Origin: Bacteroidota bacterium
GTDB taxonomy: Bacteria; Bacteroidota; Bacteroidia; Chitinophagales; Chitinophagaceae
Length of the DNA stretch: 64,000 bases
NCBI GenBank assembly: GCA_016711825.1
Contig: JADJSG010000006.1
Location: forward strand, 717,232-781,231
Reading direction: 5' to 3'
Below are positions 19,372 through 29,096 of this stretch, piece by piece (position 1 is the stretch's first letter; each line of letters begins with the position of its first letter). The position numbers and the translations under genes are program-made. The notes beneath the pieces were generated by a model. The model did not search any database, was not told the DNA's origin, and saw nothing but the letters and a program-made list of their open reading frames with translations.

Positions 19372-22300
19372 ATGCGAAAAATAATCCTCATGCTATTGAT
19401 CATAGCAATAAGTCAACAAACAGATGCTCAAAACAATATGAACCCAAAATATGATGTAAAATGGAAAGCCGTTGAAGCTGCATTTCAAAAAGGATTAAAC
19501 AAGACCGCTCAATCAGAGATTGAAGCTATCTTAAAAATGGCAAAGGCAGAAAATAATACCGAACAAACCATTAAAGCATTATGCAATTATAGAGTAAGCC
19601 TGCAGGATAGGGATGAGAAATCGCGTTTGAACGATCTATTATTTTTTGAAAAAGAAATAAAAACGTCCACCTTTCCAACCAAACAATTGCTACATTCTAT
19701 GCTGGGTGATTTGTACTGGACTTATTACCAGGAAAACCGATGGAAAATATTAGATAGAACTAAAGTCGAAAATACAACAGATCCCAATTCAACACCTACA
19801 CTAGCCATCGAAACCTGGTCAGCTGATGATTTTTACCAGGAAGCCAATAAAAACTTTATGGCCTCTTTAACCGAATCAACATTATCAAAGGCATATCCAA
19901 TCAAAAATGTAAATATTTTATTTGAACCTGGTAAAAATACCGATAAACTTCGACCAACATTATACGATTTGTTAGTGCATAGAGCCATCGACTATTTTTC
20001 AAACGATGAAAATGAATTGACAAAACCGGCTAATACGTTTGAAATAAATGATGAAAATGCTATAGCTCCTGCAAGCACTTTTATCAAAACAAATTTTAAA
20101 ACAAACGACAAAACGTCTCAAAAATACCATGTCCTTACATTATATCAAGATATTCTATCGTTTCATGAAAATGATGCTGACCCCAGTGCACTGATTGATG
20201 CAGACATTGCACGCATTCAATATGTCTATGAAAATAGTATCTCTAAAACGAAAAATGAAAGCTATAAAAAAGCATTAAAATACATAGCAGACACCTATCC
20301 ATCCAACGAACAAGCCGCCATGGCAAACGTATTATATGCTGAAACTTTTATACAAGGCGGTCAACATGTAGGTCGTAAAGGATATTTCAATTCAAGTATA
20401 GATGAAAGTAAAATCAATTATGTAGAAGCTAAAAGATTGTGTGAAGCCATTATCGCTAAATTCCCTCATAGCGAAGCATCTTCAAGAGCTGAAAGTATAT
20501 TACAACAAATTGAACAACGAAGTTTGGGCATTAACGTAGAAAAGGTAATTGTACCTAATCAACCCTCATTGGCTAAAATCATTTATAAAGAAGTAAAAAC
20601 CTTGTATTGTAAAATAGTTCCTTTAACTATTCAAGAAATGAAAGATAAAACCTATGATTATAACAACGATTATCAGGCAATTGTAAGCAAAAAAGGGATC
20701 AAAAACTGGTCGGTGAATTTGCCAGACAAACATGATTATAAAGGACATTCTACCGAAATAAAAATAGATGCTTTGCCACTGGGAACTTATGCGGTTATTA
20801 TATCGGAAGATGCAAATTTTGATTACAAAAAACATTATGCAACGGCATTTTTACGTGTATCAAACTTAGCCAATGTGCAAATGACCGAACAAGATAAAAA
20901 TGGTACGGGTATTTATATCGTTAATAGAACAACGGGTGAACCTATTGAAAATGTATCGATCAAAACATGGGTTCATTATTATGATTATAGTACTCGCAAA
21001 TACAAAGCCAAACAAGGACCAAGCTTCACCACAAACAAAGAGGGTTATGCCAACATGCAGCGAACGAATCCACATGAAGGTGGTTACGCATTAGAATTGA
21101 GCAAAGGAGATGATGTATTGTTTTTAGATGATAATTTCTATATCAACGAATATAACCAACAACCCGATAACGATTATGTACGCACTTTTTTATTTACAGA
21201 CAGAAGTATTTACAGACCAGGACAAACCATCTATTTTAAAGGTATTACTGTAATGCAAAAGACAAGAGGAGAAAATAAATCATACGAAGTACTCAAAGAT
21301 CGAAAAACATCCGTCACATTAAAAGATGCCAATTACCAGGAAGTTAAGACCATTGAATTAACGACCAATGAATATGGATCCTTTACAGGAACCTTTGTAG
21401 CACCTGAAGGATTATTAACCGGACAATTTCAAATAGTGGCCGAAAGTGGTCAAACCTACTTCAATATTGAAGAATACAAACGTCCCAAATTTGAAGTAAG
21501 CTACGATACCTTAAAAGGCAGCTATCAATTAAATGATATCATAAAAATAAAAGGCATAGCCAAAGCGTATGCAGGCAATAATATTGATGCTGCAACTGTA
21601 AAATATCGTGTAGTACGTAATGCCCGTTTCCCATATTATTGGTGTTTTTATAGATGGGGTCAGCCATCAAGTCCGTCTATGGAAATTGCCCATGGATCCA
21701 CAAAAACAAAAAATGATGGCACTTTTGACATTGACTTTAAAGCCATCGCAGATGAAAGTATTGACCCGCAAACCAAACCCATCTTTGATTATACCGTATA
21801 TGCGGATGTAACTGATTTGAATGGGGAAACAAGAAGTGGTGAAACACAGGTATCTGTTGCTTATGAAAGTCTATGGTTGAAAATTGAAACACCCGAACAA
21901 GTCGATTACAACAATTTCAATGCAGTAAAAGTTTTTTCAACCAATTTGGCAAACACCTATATCCCCACACAGGTTACTTTAACGCTCAAAAAATTGGTTT
22001 CGCCTACCAAAACATATCGCAAGCGTATGTGGGATAAAGTAGAAATCAATGCAATCTCTGAAACAGATTTTAGAAAAGATTTTCCTTTAGACGAATACAA
22101 CAATGAAAATGATTATTTGCAATGGGCTACCGAACGTATCGTATGGACAAAAACCTTTACCACTACAAAAGAAGGGCTGGAATATTTACAAAAAACAGGC
22201 GCTAATCAAGGTTGGTTTGTGCTTGAAGCAAAAGCAACAGACCAAAATGGGAATGAAGTATTGGATAAAAAATATATTCGTCTATCAAGTTTTGCCCATG

Positions 22301-25300
22301 CAGAGGCATTGCCCAATGAACATTTATTAGTCACCAAAGTGAAGATGCTTGCAGCACCTGGTGAAACCGCTACAATACATCTATCAGTGCCCTATGAAAA
22401 AGTGTATACATTATGTCATTACCTTAAACAAACACAAATCATGGAAGTGAACAATGCTAAAAAAGCTGGATTTGCTTCTGGTGAAAAAACGGAATGGTTG
22501 ACCCTCGACAGAAATAAAACATTTGAATTTAAAATAACAGAAGCAGATTATGGCGGATTTTATTTGTTGGGCTGGTATATCAAAAACAATCGCTACTATG
22601 CATACAATGAATTTATTGATGTGCCTTGGAACAATAAAGCATTAAAAATTTCATTGCAAACATTTAGAGATAAAATGTTGCCTGGTAGTCAGCAGGAATG
22701 GACATTAAAAATAAGTGGTCACCAAAAAGAAAGTGTAAGTGCAGAAATATTAGCAACGATGTACGATGCAAGTCTAGATGCCTTTAAACCTCATCAATGG
22801 CAGGGTTTCGATTTCTTTCGTGCCAGGTATAACAAGATACATTTTAATACCGCTTCTAACTTTCAAATCGAATCGGGTAGACCGTTCTATTTTGGTGGAT
22901 TTAAAGAAGTGCATCCTTATGAAAAAACGTATAGAAGTTTAAAATGGTGGGGATTAAATAATGGCGGCACTTATTATATGTTAGACGGCATAAGGATGAA
23001 AGGTGGAAGAGGTGTAATACGTGAAGGAGGCGTAACTATGAATGATATAGGAACAGACGCACCCGCTCCCATGATGACAAAATCGGTGGCATTAGGTAAA
23101 GCAAATGAATCAGAGGATGAGTCGTTCAAATTGCCCAATGTAATCATGCAATCACCCTCTAAAGAAGAATCAGCCAATTCACCGATTCCCTTGCGTTCAA
23201 ATTTTGCAGAAACTGCATTTTTCTTCCCACAAATACATACTGATACAGAAGGAAATATATTATTAAAATTCAAAGCGCCAGATGCACTCACCCGTTGGAA
23301 ATTGATGGCCTTTGCACATACCAAAGAAATACAAAGTGGTTCACTAACTGAAACTTCCACTACCTCAAAAGAATTGATGATTGTTCCCAACACCCCTCGA
23401 TTTTTTAGAGAAGGTGATAAAATGATTTATAGTGCTAAAGTAACTAATTTAAGTGAAAAGGACATTCAGGGTAAAGTAACATTACAATTGATAGATGCCA
23501 TTTCAGAAAATGTACAAGATAGTTTATTTAAAAACCATGCAAATGTTGTTACGCTTAATATAAAAAAAGGTCAAAGTGAGCGAGTAGAATGGCGTATTGA
23601 AATACCCACCGGGTTTACACACCCTATTAAAATCATTACCATGGCAGAAGCGGGCGATTTCTCAGATGGAGAACAAAATATAGTGCCTGTATTACTCAAC
23701 TCCATGTTAGTAACTGAAACATTGCCATTACCGGTTCGGATGAATACAAGCAAAGATTTTACGTTTAAAAATTTATTAAATGCAAGTAAATCAAATACCA
23801 TCAGGCACTATAATTTAACGTTAGAGTATACAAGTAACCCAGCTTGGTATGCTGTGCAAGCCTTGCCTTATTTAACGGATTATCCTTACGAATGTGCTGA
23901 ACAAACGTTTAATCGTTATTATGCCAATGCATTGGCTACACATATTGCCAATGCCAGTCCAAAAGTAAAAGAGATTTTCTCCACCTGGGAAAATAAAGAT
24001 ACCGCCGCATTGCTCTCAAACTTGCAAAAAAATCAAGCGTTGAAGTCGGCATTATTGCAAGAAACCCCCTGGGTATTAGAAGCTAAAAATGAAACGGAAC
24101 AAAAACGGAATCTGGCCAATTTATTTAACCTGAGCAGAATGAGCAAAGAACTTGAACGTACAGTACGTGAGCTAGAAAATATGCAAACACCAAATGGCGG
24201 TTTTACCTGGTTTAAGGGCATGCCCGATGATCGGTTTATGACACAATATATCCTTACAGGTATTGGTCGTCTGATGCATTTGGGTATTGCAGAAGTAGGC
24301 AGCGAACGACGCATTTTACAAATTGTAGAAAGGGCATTACCCTATTTAGATGCACGTATCAAAGAAGATTACGATGAATTGAAAAAAAATGCCCGAGACT
24401 TAAACCTTGCCTATATTGATTATACCCATATACAATATTTATATATGCGTTCATTTTTTAAGGAAAATGAAGTATCAGCAGCAAGTAAAACAGCATTCGA
24501 ATATTATAAAAAACAAGCAGCCACCTATTGGTTAAAAGGCAATAAATATATGCAAGGCATGACCGCTTTAGCCCTGAATAGATGGGATGATAAAACCACA
24601 CCTAAAAACATTCTTCAATCACTGCGTGAAAATGCCATACGTAATGAAGAAATGGGGATGTATTGGAAAGAAAATACTGGAAGTTGGTGGTGGTATGAAG
24701 CACCTATAGAAACACAAAGTTTGCTTGTAGAGGTATTTAAAGAAATTGGTGGCGATGATCAAGAAGTAGATGAATTGAAAATCTGGTTGTTGAAAAATAA
24801 ACAAACACAACATTGGAAAACAAGCAAGGCAACTGCTGATGCTGTGTATGCCTTATTATTGAATGGAACGTATTGGCTATCAACACAGCCAGATGTAAGT
24901 ATTCAGTTAGGGAATAAAACAATACTCAGTAAAGAACAAAAACAAGAAGCAGGTACTGGGTATTTTAAAATGAGTATACCCCAGGATGAAATCAATGCAG
25001 GGATGGGCAAAATACATGTAGATGTAAAAAACAATGCATCTGTTGGCAAAGACATAGGCGGTACCACTTGGGGTGCTGTGTATTGGCAATATTTCGAACA
25101 ATTAGATAAAATCGAAAGTCATGAAACACCGCTTTCTTTGAAAAAACAATTGTTTAAAATAAGTCTTACAGATAAAGGAGAAGTGTTGACGCCTATAACT
25201 GAAAACAGTCCATTGAATATAGGTGATAAAGTAAAAGTTAGAATTGAATTACGAGTTGATAGAGCCATGGAATATGTGCATATGAAAGATATGAGGGGCG

Positions 25301-25548
25301 CTTGTTTTGAACCTATCAATGTATTGAGCAATTATAAATACCAGGGAGGTTTGGGTTATTATGAAGCAACAAAAGACGCCTCCACCAATTTCTTTTTCAG
25401 TTGGTTAAACAAAGGCACCTATGTATTTGAATATCCTATGTTTGTGACTAACCAAGGTGATTATTCAAATGGTATTGCAACCATACAGTGTATGTACGCG
25501 CCAGAATATAGTAGTCATAGCGAAGGGATACGAGTAATTGTGAAATAG
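19372..25548 (+). CDS. Alpha-2-macroglobulin family protein (MG-domain giant, secreted)
   Basis: 2058 aa. Signal peptide ...QQTDA|Q. YPYECAEQ CxEQ thioester-type motif (Cys codon 23893-23895). The layout matches Bacteroidetes A2M-family proteins as I remember them. Confidence 0.8.
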   Translation: MRKIILMLLIIAISQQTDAQNNMNPKYDVKWKAVEAAFQKGLNKTAQSEIEAILKMAKAENNTEQTIKALCNYRVSLQDRDEKSRLNDLLFFEKEIKTSTFPTKQLLHSMLGDLYWTYYQENRWKILDRTKVENTTDPNSTPTLAIETWSADDFYQEANKNFMASLTESTLSKAYPIKNVNILFEPGKNTDKLRPTLYDLLVHRAIDYFSNDENELTKPANTFEINDENAIAPASTFIKTNFKTNDKTSQKYHVLTLYQDILSFHENDADPSALIDADIARIQYVYENSISKTKNESYKKALKYIADTYPSNEQAAMANVLYAETFIQGGQHVGRKGYFNSSIDESKINYVEAKRLCEAIIAKFPHSEASSRAESILQQIEQRSLGINVEKVIVPNQPSLAKIIYKEVKTLYCKIVPLTIQEMKDKTYDYNNDYQAIVSKKGIKNWSVNLPDKHDYKGHSTEIKIDALPLGTYAVIISEDANFDYKKHYATAFLRVSNLANVQMTEQDKNGTGIYIVNRTTGEPIENVSIKTWVHYYDYSTRKYKAKQGPSFTTNKEGYANMQRTNPHEGGYALELSKGDDVLFLDDNFYINEYNQQPDNDYVRTFLFTDRSIYRPGQTIYFKGITVMQKTRGENKSYEVLKDRKTSVTLKDANYQEVKTIELTTNEYGSFTGTFVAPEGLLTGQFQIVAESGQTYFNIEEYKRPKFEVSYDTLKGSYQLNDIIKIKGIAKAYAGNNIDAATVKYRVVRNARFPYYWCFYRWGQPSSPSMEIAHGSTKTKNDGTFDIDFKAIADESIDPQTKPIFDYTVYADVTDLNGETRSGETQVSVAYESLWLKIETPEQVDYNNFNAVKVFSTNLANTYIPTQVTLTLKKLVSPTKTYRKRMWDKVEINAISETDFRKDFPLDEYNNENDYLQWATERIVWTKTFTTTKEGLEYLQKTGANQGWFVLEAKATDQNGNEVLDKKYIRLSSFAHAEALPNEHLLVTKVKMLAAPGETATIHLSVPYEKVYTLCHYLKQTQIMEVNNAKKAGFASGEKTEWLTLDRNKTFEFKITEADYGGFYLLGWYIKNNRYYAYNEFIDVPWNNKALKISLQTFRDKMLPGSQQEWTLKISGHQKESVSAEILATMYDASLDAFKPHQWQGFDFFRARYNKIHFNTASNFQIESGRPFYFGGFKEVHPYEKTYRSLKWWGLNNGGTYYMLDGIRMKGGRGVIREGGVTMNDIGTDAPAPMMTKSVALGKANESEDESFKLPNVIMQSPSKEESANSPIPLRSNFAETAFFFPQIHTDTEGNILLKFKAPDALTRWKLMAFAHTKEIQSGSLTETSTTSKELMIVPNTPRFFREGDKMIYSAKVTNLSEKDIQGKVTLQLIDAISENVQDSLFKNHANVVTLNIKKGQSERVEWRIEIPTGFTHPIKIITMAEAGDFSDGEQNIVPVLLNSMLVTETLPLPVRMNTSKDFTFKNLLNASKSNTIRHYNLTLEYTSNPAWYAVQALPYLTDYPYECAEQTFNRYYANALATHIANASPKVKEIFSTWENKDTAALLSNLQKNQALKSALLQETPWVLEAKNETEQKRNLANLFNLSRMSKELERTVRELENMQTPNGGFTWFKGMPDDRFMTQYILTGIGRLMHLGIAEVGSERRILQIVERALPYLDARIKEDYDELKKNARDLNLAYIDYTHIQYLYMRSFFKENEVSAASKTAFEYYKKQAATYWLKGNKYMQGMTALALNRWDDKTTPKNILQSLRENAIRNEEMGMYWKENTGSWWWYEAPIETQSLLVEVFKEIGGDDQEVDELKIWLLKNKQTQHWKTSKATADAVYALLLNGTYWLSTQPDVSIQLGNKTILSKEQKQEAGTGYFKMSIPQDEINAGMGKIHVDVKNNASVGKDIGGTTWGAVYWQYFEQLDKIESHETPLSLKKQLFKISLTDKGEVLTPITENSPLNIGDKVKVRIELRVDRAMEYVHMKDMRGACFEPINVLSNYKYQGGLGYYEATKDASTNFFFSWLNKGTYVFEYPMFVTNQGDYSNGIATIQCMYAPEYSSHSEGIRVIVK

Positions 25549-25550
25549 CA

Positions 25551-25750
25551 GGGAATAGAACACGGAGGGGAACATGGATTATTTAAGATTGGAGGAATTT
25601 ACACGGAAGAATAAAATCTTGAGCGCAAGGGGAACACGGATTGGAGGGATTCAAATGATTTTCACAGAGTAATAAAAATATTAGAATACAGATAAAGTGT
25701 GATTTGAGAGATTCGCACGGATGAAAAAAGATACACGATGGGAAAGGGTT
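25551..25750. repeat. Array of (GA)ACACGGA / TTCACAGA / TCGCACGGA units
   Basis: Six copies of a CAC(G/A)GA-core motif within 200 bp. GAACACGGA heads at ~25556 and ~25631 give a ~75-bp period. The architecture matches the 14.8-kb array. Confidence 0.55.
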
Positions 25751-25848
25751 AGATTAATATTCTTAAATTTTGAATTAGTAGACAATCAAAATTTAAAGTT
25801 TAGTAGGAAGCATGGTAGGAATCCGTTTAGAAACTTAAAAAATAATAT

Positions 25849-25856
25849 TATCTTTG
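25849..25856 (+). promoter_or_regulatory. Candidate -7 box (TATCTTTG) abutting the start codon
   Basis: TAnnTTTG match ending 5 nt before the ATG at 25861. Confidence 0.3.
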
Positions 25857-25860
25857 ATAA

Positions 25861-26796
25861 ATGAAAAAACTCTTTTTACTACTCATTATTTGTATGCCTT
25901 TCTTAACAAACGCTCATGGATTTGATGAAAGCGAATTGGTAATTAATGCTACAGGGGTGCAATTATCAGGTACCCTCACCTTACCTGCACATGCTCATGG
26001 CAATATGCCCCTGGTGATTATCATTGCTGGCAGTGGTCCTACAGATAGAGACTGCAACGGTCAAGGATTTAAAAGTGATGCCTACAAAAAAATGGCTGCA
26101 CAGTTTGCATTAAATGGCATTGCTACTTTTAGATATGACAAAAGAGGAGTGGGCAAAAGCATTGTTGCCAACATGAAGGAAGAAGATTTACTGTTTAGCC
26201 AATCGATATCAGATGCCCAGTCAGTGATTGCAAACTTTGAAAAAGATACACGTTTCAGTAAAATCATCATTGCAGGACATAGTGAAGGGTCTTTAGTTGG
26301 TATGATGTGTGCACAAGCAAATCATAAATACATTTCAATTGCGGGTGTAAGTAAACAAGCTCATGACTTATTAAAAATACAATTGAAAGGTAAATTAGGT
26401 GATTTAGAAAAATCTACCTTTTTAAAATTAGATAGTTTAGCAAATGGTCAGGACATTGCTTGCGATAATCCCATGTTGATGTCTCTTTTCAGACCATCTG
26501 TATTGCCCTATCTAAAATCATGGTTTAAAATAAATCCAGTTGATGAAATTAAAAAAGTGAAATGTCCGATTCTCATAATTAATGGTACTAAAGATTTACA
26601 GGTTGCTGAAATAAATGCACAATCCCTTAAAGAAGCCAATCCAAAATCGACCTTATTGATTGTACCAGATATGAATCATTGTTTAACCGAAATAGCTTCT
26701 GACAAACAAGAAGATAATCTAGCTTCCTATAACAAACCCGAACTAGCGCTTTCAAAAAAAATGATAGATAGCATGATCTTGTTTATAATTCAATAA
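25861..26796 (+). CDS. Secreted alpha/beta-hydrolase
   Basis: Signal peptide. GHSEGS nucleophile elbow (GxSxG). Late DMNH (probable catalytic His). Confidence 0.7.
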   Translation: MKKLFLLLIICMPFLTNAHGFDESELVINATGVQLSGTLTLPAHAHGNMPLVIIIAGSGPTDRDCNGQGFKSDAYKKMAAQFALNGIATFRYDKRGVGKSIVANMKEEDLLFSQSISDAQSVIANFEKDTRFSKIIIAGHSEGSLVGMMCAQANHKYISIAGVSKQAHDLLKIQLKGKLGDLEKSTFLKLDSLANGQDIACDNPMLMSLFRPSVLPYLKSWFKINPVDEIKKVKCPILIINGTKDLQVAEINAQSLKEANPKSTLLIVPDMNHCLTEIASDKQEDNLASYNKPELALSKKMIDSMILFIIQ

Positions 26797-26820
26797 AAGA
26801 TTTTTAAGACCCTACGTAAT

Positions 26821-26852
26821 AAAAAATGACCGCTATTTGCGGTCATTTTTTT
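26821..26852. terminator. Bidirectional intrinsic terminator between convergent genes
   Basis: AAAAA-ATGACCGC-tattt-GCGGTCAT-TTTTTT: an 8-bp GC-containing stem flanked by A and T runs. Confidence 0.8.
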
Positions 26853-26871
26853 ATAAATTTAATGAAAGGTA

Positions 26872-28767
26872 TTAATGACTTACAATAACTTTTTTGGTAA
26901 GATTCCCTACATCTGATTTCAACGTCAAATGATAAATACCATTGGGTAATTCAGCAACCTGAATCACATCATTGATTTTATCAGATTTTGCAAATCTTTT
27001 GGTATAGATGTTTCTTCCAAATAAATCCGTAAGTACCATTTCTATATCAGAATCAACGGTACCTGTATAAGCTACATTGATTTGATTACTTGAAGGATTT
27101 GGAGAAATGATGATGGCACCTGCATCAGTAAAATCATTGATTTGATTTACCACACCATATCTTAAATTGATATTGTCGATATACAAATTATTACCATAAC
27201 CACTTTTGCCAACAAATTTAACCAATACATCAGCTTGTCCGATTAAGCTATTTAAACTGATAGAATATCCTTTCCATTGTGCAGCTGTTGGTGTAAAAGC
27301 AGATGCAGAAGCAGGGGCTGTAGCAAGATTCACACCACTGCTTTCCCAAATTGTTTGCCATGAAGTACCACAATTTGTAGAAGCTAATATTTGAAGGGTA
27401 TCATACAAACTATTACCTCCAGATGTATAATAGGTATATGCACCATAAAAATCTAACGAAGCGGCTGTTTGACCAGCAAGATTAATATTTGATTTTGGTA
27501 AATAAAGGTCTAAAGCACCAGAAGTGATTTCATAAAATTCTGATTCAGCAGAACCACTTCCTCCACCTTGAGAAGCACCGGCTCTTTTCCAAATTTCTGA
27601 ACCTACAGATGCTATAGTACCAAATCCAGCAGGCGGAAAATTAACAGAAGAAAAATCTTGGGTTAAAGGTATCGCTACTGCCGTAGGATAGGTAATAAAA
27701 TTTTTCCTGATAGGGCTTGCTTGATTTGTCAAGGCAGCAATCGCATTGGGAGATGATAAATAACAACTGTAGAAATGACTTCCGTTGCTTAAACCAGTAA
27801 GTGCAGGTAAAGTTGCATTCGCTGTAGAGCCAGGTGTTAAACTTCCACTCCAATTTTGGGTTTGATAAGCTGCTCCATCTAAACTATAATTGATAACACA
27901 TGATGTTAAAGTAACTGAACCTTGGTTTTCAATAGAAATAGAAGGGTTTGCATTGTTTACACAACTAACATTTTGAATACCTGTAATGGTCAAATCAGAT
28001 GCATAGGGTGGTTTGCTAAAGGCTGCCTGATGAACTACTTTACTCGTTGCATCTTGTACAAATGCAACAACACCCAATTGTGTTTTAGCATATACATAAG
28101 CAGGAACCGCGATTGTCCATGTAAAGTTAACTACCTGACCAGGAGTCATATTTGCCAGGGTAGTACCATTGGCATCTGGATGCATCTTTCTCATTACATG
28201 TTCAAATTTAGCTTCGCCATTTGTACCAGGAGCTGCTGGAAACGTAATTAAACTTTCATTTAAAGCCAGATGAAGTTTTAAATTTCCTGACATCGCCTGT
28301 GAAGCTGTAATGGTTAAATTAACGATCACAGAATCTGTAGCAGCATTGAAACTGTGGGTTAAGTTCATCGAAATGGGTGATGGTATTGCATACTCGTTGT
28401 CAATTTGCAATTGAGTCAATGCTGCAGGAGCACCTGCATAAGCATTTGGTGTAGCTGGCATTTTACTGGTATCACCATCCATCACACCCATAGGTACGCC
28501 GGTAACTCCATAAACAGATACGCGGGTGGCTACATCTGTTGGGTTTGCAGCATTCATAGGATCTGTACCTGGCCATGAGGTTTGGTATTTAAGCGGTATC
28601 ACCTTAGTTGCATTTTGCGCTAATAAAGCATTAAAAGCGGGGTTTTGCGCTGCACAAGGGGGGCAACTAGCATTTGTAAATTCTTCGATGAGAACCATAC
28701 GTTGCACTTGTGCGTTTGCAGTAAGCAGGGTGCCTGCTGCAAAAAAAGAAAGTAGCATTTTTTTCAT
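26872..28767 (-). CDS. T9SS cargo protein with N-terminal CPPC (thioredoxin-like) module
   Basis: Signal peptide MKKMLLSFFAAGTLLTANA|Q. LIEEFTNASCPPCA (Cys codons 28663-28665 and 28654-28656). C-terminal ISPNPSSNQINV...GIYHLTL CTD. Confidence 0.7.
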   Translation of the reverse strand: MKKMLLSFFAAGTLLTANAQVQRMVLIEEFTNASCPPCAAQNPAFNALLAQNATKVIPLKYQTSWPGTDPMNAANPTDVATRVSVYGVTGVPMGVMDGDTSKMPATPNAYAGAPAALTQLQIDNEYAIPSPISMNLTHSFNAATDSVIVNLTITASQAMSGNLKLHLALNESLITFPAAPGTNGEAKFEHVMRKMHPDANGTTLANMTPGQVVNFTWTIAVPAYVYAKTQLGVVAFVQDATSKVVHQAAFSKPPYASDLTITGIQNVSCVNNANPSISIENQGSVTLTSCVINYSLDGAAYQTQNWSGSLTPGSTANATLPALTGLSNGSHFYSCYLSSPNAIAALTNQASPIRKNFITYPTAVAIPLTQDFSSVNFPPAGFGTIASVGSEIWKRAGASQGGGSGSAESEFYEITSGALDLYLPKSNINLAGQTAASLDFYGAYTYYTSGGNSLYDTLQILASTNCGTSWQTIWESSGVNLATAPASASAFTPTAAQWKGYSISLNSLIGQADVLVKFVGKSGYGNNLYIDNINLRYGVVNQINDFTDAGAIIISPNPSSNQINVAYTGTVDSDIEMVLTDLFGRNIYTKRFAKSDKINDVIQVAELPNGIYHLTLKSDVGNLTKKVIVSH

Positions 28768-28788
28768 TGTAGTATTTTTATTGAATCA

Positions 28789-28796
28789 CAAATATA
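28789..28796 (-). promoter_or_regulatory. Candidate -7 box (TATATTTG)
   Basis: TAnnTTTG match 22 nt upstream of the start at 28767. It lies within TATATTTGTGATTCAA, a block shared with the paralog upstream region. Confidence 0.45.
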
Positions 28797-29041
28797 CATA
28801 TTTTAGTTTGGGTATTTCATTAAATACCAATGTGTTATATCTGAAAAAATTTAAGTTGGTCCAATTATTATTCGTATAAATGCTATAGGTGTAGATTACT
28901 CAGATATTTTCAAACTACTTATTAAATACAATTGGAATAAGACGATATTGATGTACCGTTAAACAATATATCTATCGGCATTAATACCGTAAGCATTATA
29001 AATTTTGGCATAATATAAAAACATTGGAATGTGCTTATCAT

Positions 29042-29074
29042 AAAAAAAATGACCGCTAAATGCGGTCATTTTTT
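29042..29074 (-). terminator. Intrinsic terminator, same stem as 26821-26852
   Basis: AAAAAAA-ATGACCGC-taaat-GCGGTCAT-TTTTT, immediately downstream of the minus-strand gene ending at 29097. Confidence 0.8.
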
Positions 29075-29096
29075 AAAAGCATTAAATAGTTACTGA

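Noticed and set aside
28812-28829. A small hairpin GGTATTT-catt-AAATACC upstream of the CPPC cargo gene, considered as an invertible-promoter or operator element.
   Set aside because: It is a 7-bp AT-rich stem with no partner inverted repeat flanking the promoter and no recombinase nearby.
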